A stretch of DNA of 64,000 nucleotides, from assembly GCF_009914755.1 (NCBI RefSeq), contig NC_060931.1. One strand, 5' to 3'. The stretch is from the human T2T-CHM13v2.0 reference genome, Homo sapiens. The position numbers and the translations under genes were made by a program. This document shows positions 59,495 through 64,000 of this stretch, in pieces. Positions within the stretch are counted from its first letter, which is position 1; every line of letters starts with the position of its first letter. The notes beneath the pieces were generated by a model. It saw only the letters and a list, made by a program, of their open reading frames with translations, was not told the DNA's origin and made no database searches.

Positions 59495-59980
59495 GTAAAG
59501 TACAGTGATTTCAAGCACAGAATCAGAAGTTAGACCAGCTAGTTTCAAATCTCAGCTCTACTTATTAACTTCATAACTTATCTTGACCTTCTACAGGTTT
59601 CTAGGGCAAATTATTTTGCCTCTCTGTACCATAGTTTCCTCATACGTAAAATGAGACTAAAAATATTTATTATATATTTAAAACTTTATTTTAGAGTGTT
59701 CTGAAAATTAATGAAATATATTAAAGCTTTTAGAATGAATCTTTGCTCAATTCATTACGAGTATAAAACAAGAGGAGCTATGTGAGGTCACTTTTGTGAT
59801 GGGTACTCTTGTTAATGTTTATGTATATTACTTCTCATTTAATCATCTCAGTAAATTAACGACAGCTGAAGCTTGTGGAGATAAAATTATTTGCCCAAAC
59901 ACACAACTTTAGTAAGTCAGAGAGCTGAAATTTCATTGCTGTTGTTTCATGGCAAAGCCTTTACTCTTAAGCAATGCACA
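59495..59980. mobile_element. Two MIR fragments
   Basis: GGGCAAATTAT..CCTCTCTGTACCATAGTTTCCTCAT..GTAAAATG, plus a reverse-oriented core downstream. Confidence 0.55.
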
Positions 59981-60099
59981 ATTCAGGTTTCCAACGAGTA
60001 CCACGAGGAAAGGGGGTCTCTTTTATATAGAGATTCACATAGAGCGTAGGGGAAGCTTCATATGAACTATAACTCACATATTGCAACTAAAAAAACATA

Positions 60100-60642
<543 letters not shown>

Positions 60643-61165
60643 ACAGTGGTTGTAATTAGAACCAATTAGAATTTACTGGAAAAAAAATCCTCAACTCCTC
60701 CAGATGAGTCAGGGAGGGTTTTACAGAATAGGAGTCATTCTTTACTTGATATTTGAAAGCGGAAAAATTTGTCAAAAAAATCATGGGGAAAAAAACAAAT
60801 AGGGAAAGGGGAAATTTTGAATGAATAGAACGTTCAAAAAAACAACAATAGAGAACACGGTGTAGTACTCTCTGGCAACAGTTAGAATTCTGCATTCTTG
60901 GTCATCCTGAACCACCCCCTAAATGGTCTTGTTTGTATAATATTTCCAGTTCTTCACTGATCATGTTCATCTTCTACTCTAAAAACATGGTTCTTTGTTG
61001 CTTCTTTCTCAACTGCTCTCTGACAAGCCATCTATGGGGTATTTTCTTTGAATCTCCAAACCAGTCCAATGTGACCACATTCTTAGTTCCTGCTTATGAT
61101 TTAGTGGTCTAAGTTTTCATTAAAATGTTCATTATAACATTCCATTTTTGTTATCTATTTATTCC

Positions 61166-61541
<376 letters not shown>

Positions 61542-62614
61542 TAGATAAAGTGGTAAGTTGAAAAATAAATGGCATTTTAAAATACATTAAAATTTAAGTC
61601 TGCAACAAGAAGAAATTCTATTCATGTAATTCATCTATGTATCTCAAGCTGCCTTAATAAAAAATCAGAGTTTATTTTTTAATGGTTACAGATGGGATGA
61701 CAAGTTGGGTACAACAGGAATTTCTGTAAAACCTATTATTTCGCCTGAAACCATGTGCAAATGACTTCCAGGAAACAATTGGTCAGAATGTGATTTGAGT
61801 CATTACTTAAAATTCCAAAGAAGACAGTAATAAAAACAAATTAAAATGCTATGCAAGTCTATTTGGGGAAAAAGTTGTTTACTACAAAGCAGAAAATCCA
61901 AGTATAAAGAATTAAGACATTTCTTTTTCAAAGCGGAGTGACAGTAAAATGCAACATATGGCTTGAAATCACAATCCTGACAGTTTTTGGAAATTACTCA
62001 GTAGTTTCCAACATGAAACCAAATAATAAATATCATACTGGCTTTAAAATGTAATAAGCCAACATATGTCTGAATTGTTTAATGAAATCTTGGAGTGTTA
62101 ACTGCCCCTGTGAAAAAAAAAGGAATGTATAAGTGGAATCAATAGATTAGAAAGTTGATTGACCAATTTGAACTGATACCTTCATAATCATGTGTCTGCC
62201 AGCCTTATACACTCAATAGATACAGCTGTTGACATAACATTTTAGATAACAGAAGAAATTTTACAGGTGCTTAGGAAATACACATGAAGCTTTGGAATCA
62301 ACCTCTGGATGAAACTATCAGAGCATTTGTGAACTGCTCTGACACAGTACTTCTGGGAGCTGGTGGCTGCAAAATCCACTGTCACCCTGATATCCTGGTA
62401 TACAGAAAAAGACAATCAAAACAATCAATTGTTCATTTCCTGCCACAATATGGTTCCTTATACAGGTCAAAGACTGAAAATCAGAATACAAACACAACTA
62501 AAAAGTATCCCCACCACAAGAAAATCATGGTGGACTTATTAAGACTTCCCAAATCATGCTACTTTCACAAATAGCACTCTAGAATTCTACAACTTTATAA
62601 TCACATTAAGAGGT

Positions 62615-63053
<439 letters not shown>

Positions 63054-63212
63054 CTAGAATGGTAGTTTTCCACTTTCTTTTTTATATATGCTGTGAAAGG
63101 CTCATTTCATATGAAGTCATAGAAACATTAGACATTAAGAATATGTCACCATATTCATCAACTTATCTTTCTGTTAATAAACCAATCAGGAAGTAGAACC
63201 TGGAGCTCATGC

Positions 63213-63655
63213 TGAAACCAACCCAATAGTCCCATAGACAGTTTTTTGGATAAACATAGAAATTGACCCTTCTGGTCATAAAGCTTGAAACTTATATTGG
63301 TTTTATCTGAGTTCCCTGCTCAGGAAAAGACTTTCAGTCCTCTCAAAAAGTATCGAAGAACTGAAACTCACCAGATCACCACATCCAGACAATGAGATGA
63401 CAGACCCCTCATTCATCATGATTGCTTCCTTGCCCCTCTCTAGTTCCTGTTTTTTACACATTGTTTCATCTCTTTCCTGCTATATAAACCCCTAGTTTTA
63501 GTGGGTAAGGGAGATGTATTTGAAACAGCTCCCATGTCCCTGGCTGTAGCACCCAATCAAAGCCTTGTTCCTTGGCAATAATCATTGACTTAGTGATTGG
63601 CTTTCTGTGCGGCAAAGTGCAGGACCTAAACCAAATCCCTGGTGTTTAGATAACA
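63213..63655 (+). mobile_element. Solo LTR (LTR47A-like; family call tentative)
   Basis: TG...CA ends, internal TATATAAA box (63481-63488), 4-bp TSD-like ATGC/ATGT. Confidence 0.75.
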
Positions 63656-63747
63656 ATGTGAAGAGGGGGTGGGGCGGGGGGGCTATACAATCATTTTTGT
63701 GCTTGGAGAATCTTGCAAGGTTATCTAAGAATTTGTCTAACTTTAGG

Positions 63748-64000
63748 GGCCAGGCCCAGTGGCTCACACCTGTAATCCCAGCATTTTGGAAGGCCAGGGC
63801 GAGCAGATCACGAGGTCAGGAGATTGACACCATCCTGGCTAACACAGTGAAACCCCGTCTCTACTAAAAATACAAAAAGTTAGCCGGACGTGGTGGCGGG
63901 TGCCTGTAGTCCCAGCTACTCAGGAGGCTGAGGCAGGAGAATGGCATGAACCCGGGAGGCAGAGCTTACAGTGAGCCCAGATCCTGCCACTGGGCAACAG
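63748..64000 (+). mobile_element. AluY (cut by the window edge)
   Basis: AluY diagnostics. Confidence 0.93.

Overview
Primate (very likely human) genomic DNA carrying the 5' end of SEMA3C (semaphorin-3C) on the minus strand. The window holds about 18 kb of intron 2, the first coding exon (18038-18178, signal peptide MAFRTICVLVGVFICSICVKG...), a non-coding exon 1 in a CpG-island promoter (about 20187-20760), and a probable upstream alternative first exon (donor at 23625) that adds 18 aa in frame. The remaining ~40 kb is upstream intergenic DNA. Most of the window is interspersed repeats: 27 Alus, a 5'-inverted L1PA, LTR12, MLT2A, MLT1, MLT2, an LTR47-like solo LTR, MER DNA transposons, MIR/L2 and microsatellites. 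Almost all listed ORFs are Alu, L1 or low-complexity artefacts. I cannot demonstrate a new biological system. The most interesting sequence-derived idea is the frame architecture around exon 2: it is a 141-nt, stop-free, phase-1/phase-1 module. It could be N-terminally extended, skipped (signal-peptide-less SEMA3C), back-spliced into an endless ORF, or followed by an in-frame 117-nt Alu exon. Repeat subfamily calls come from recalled consensus sequences, not from a RepeatMasker run.
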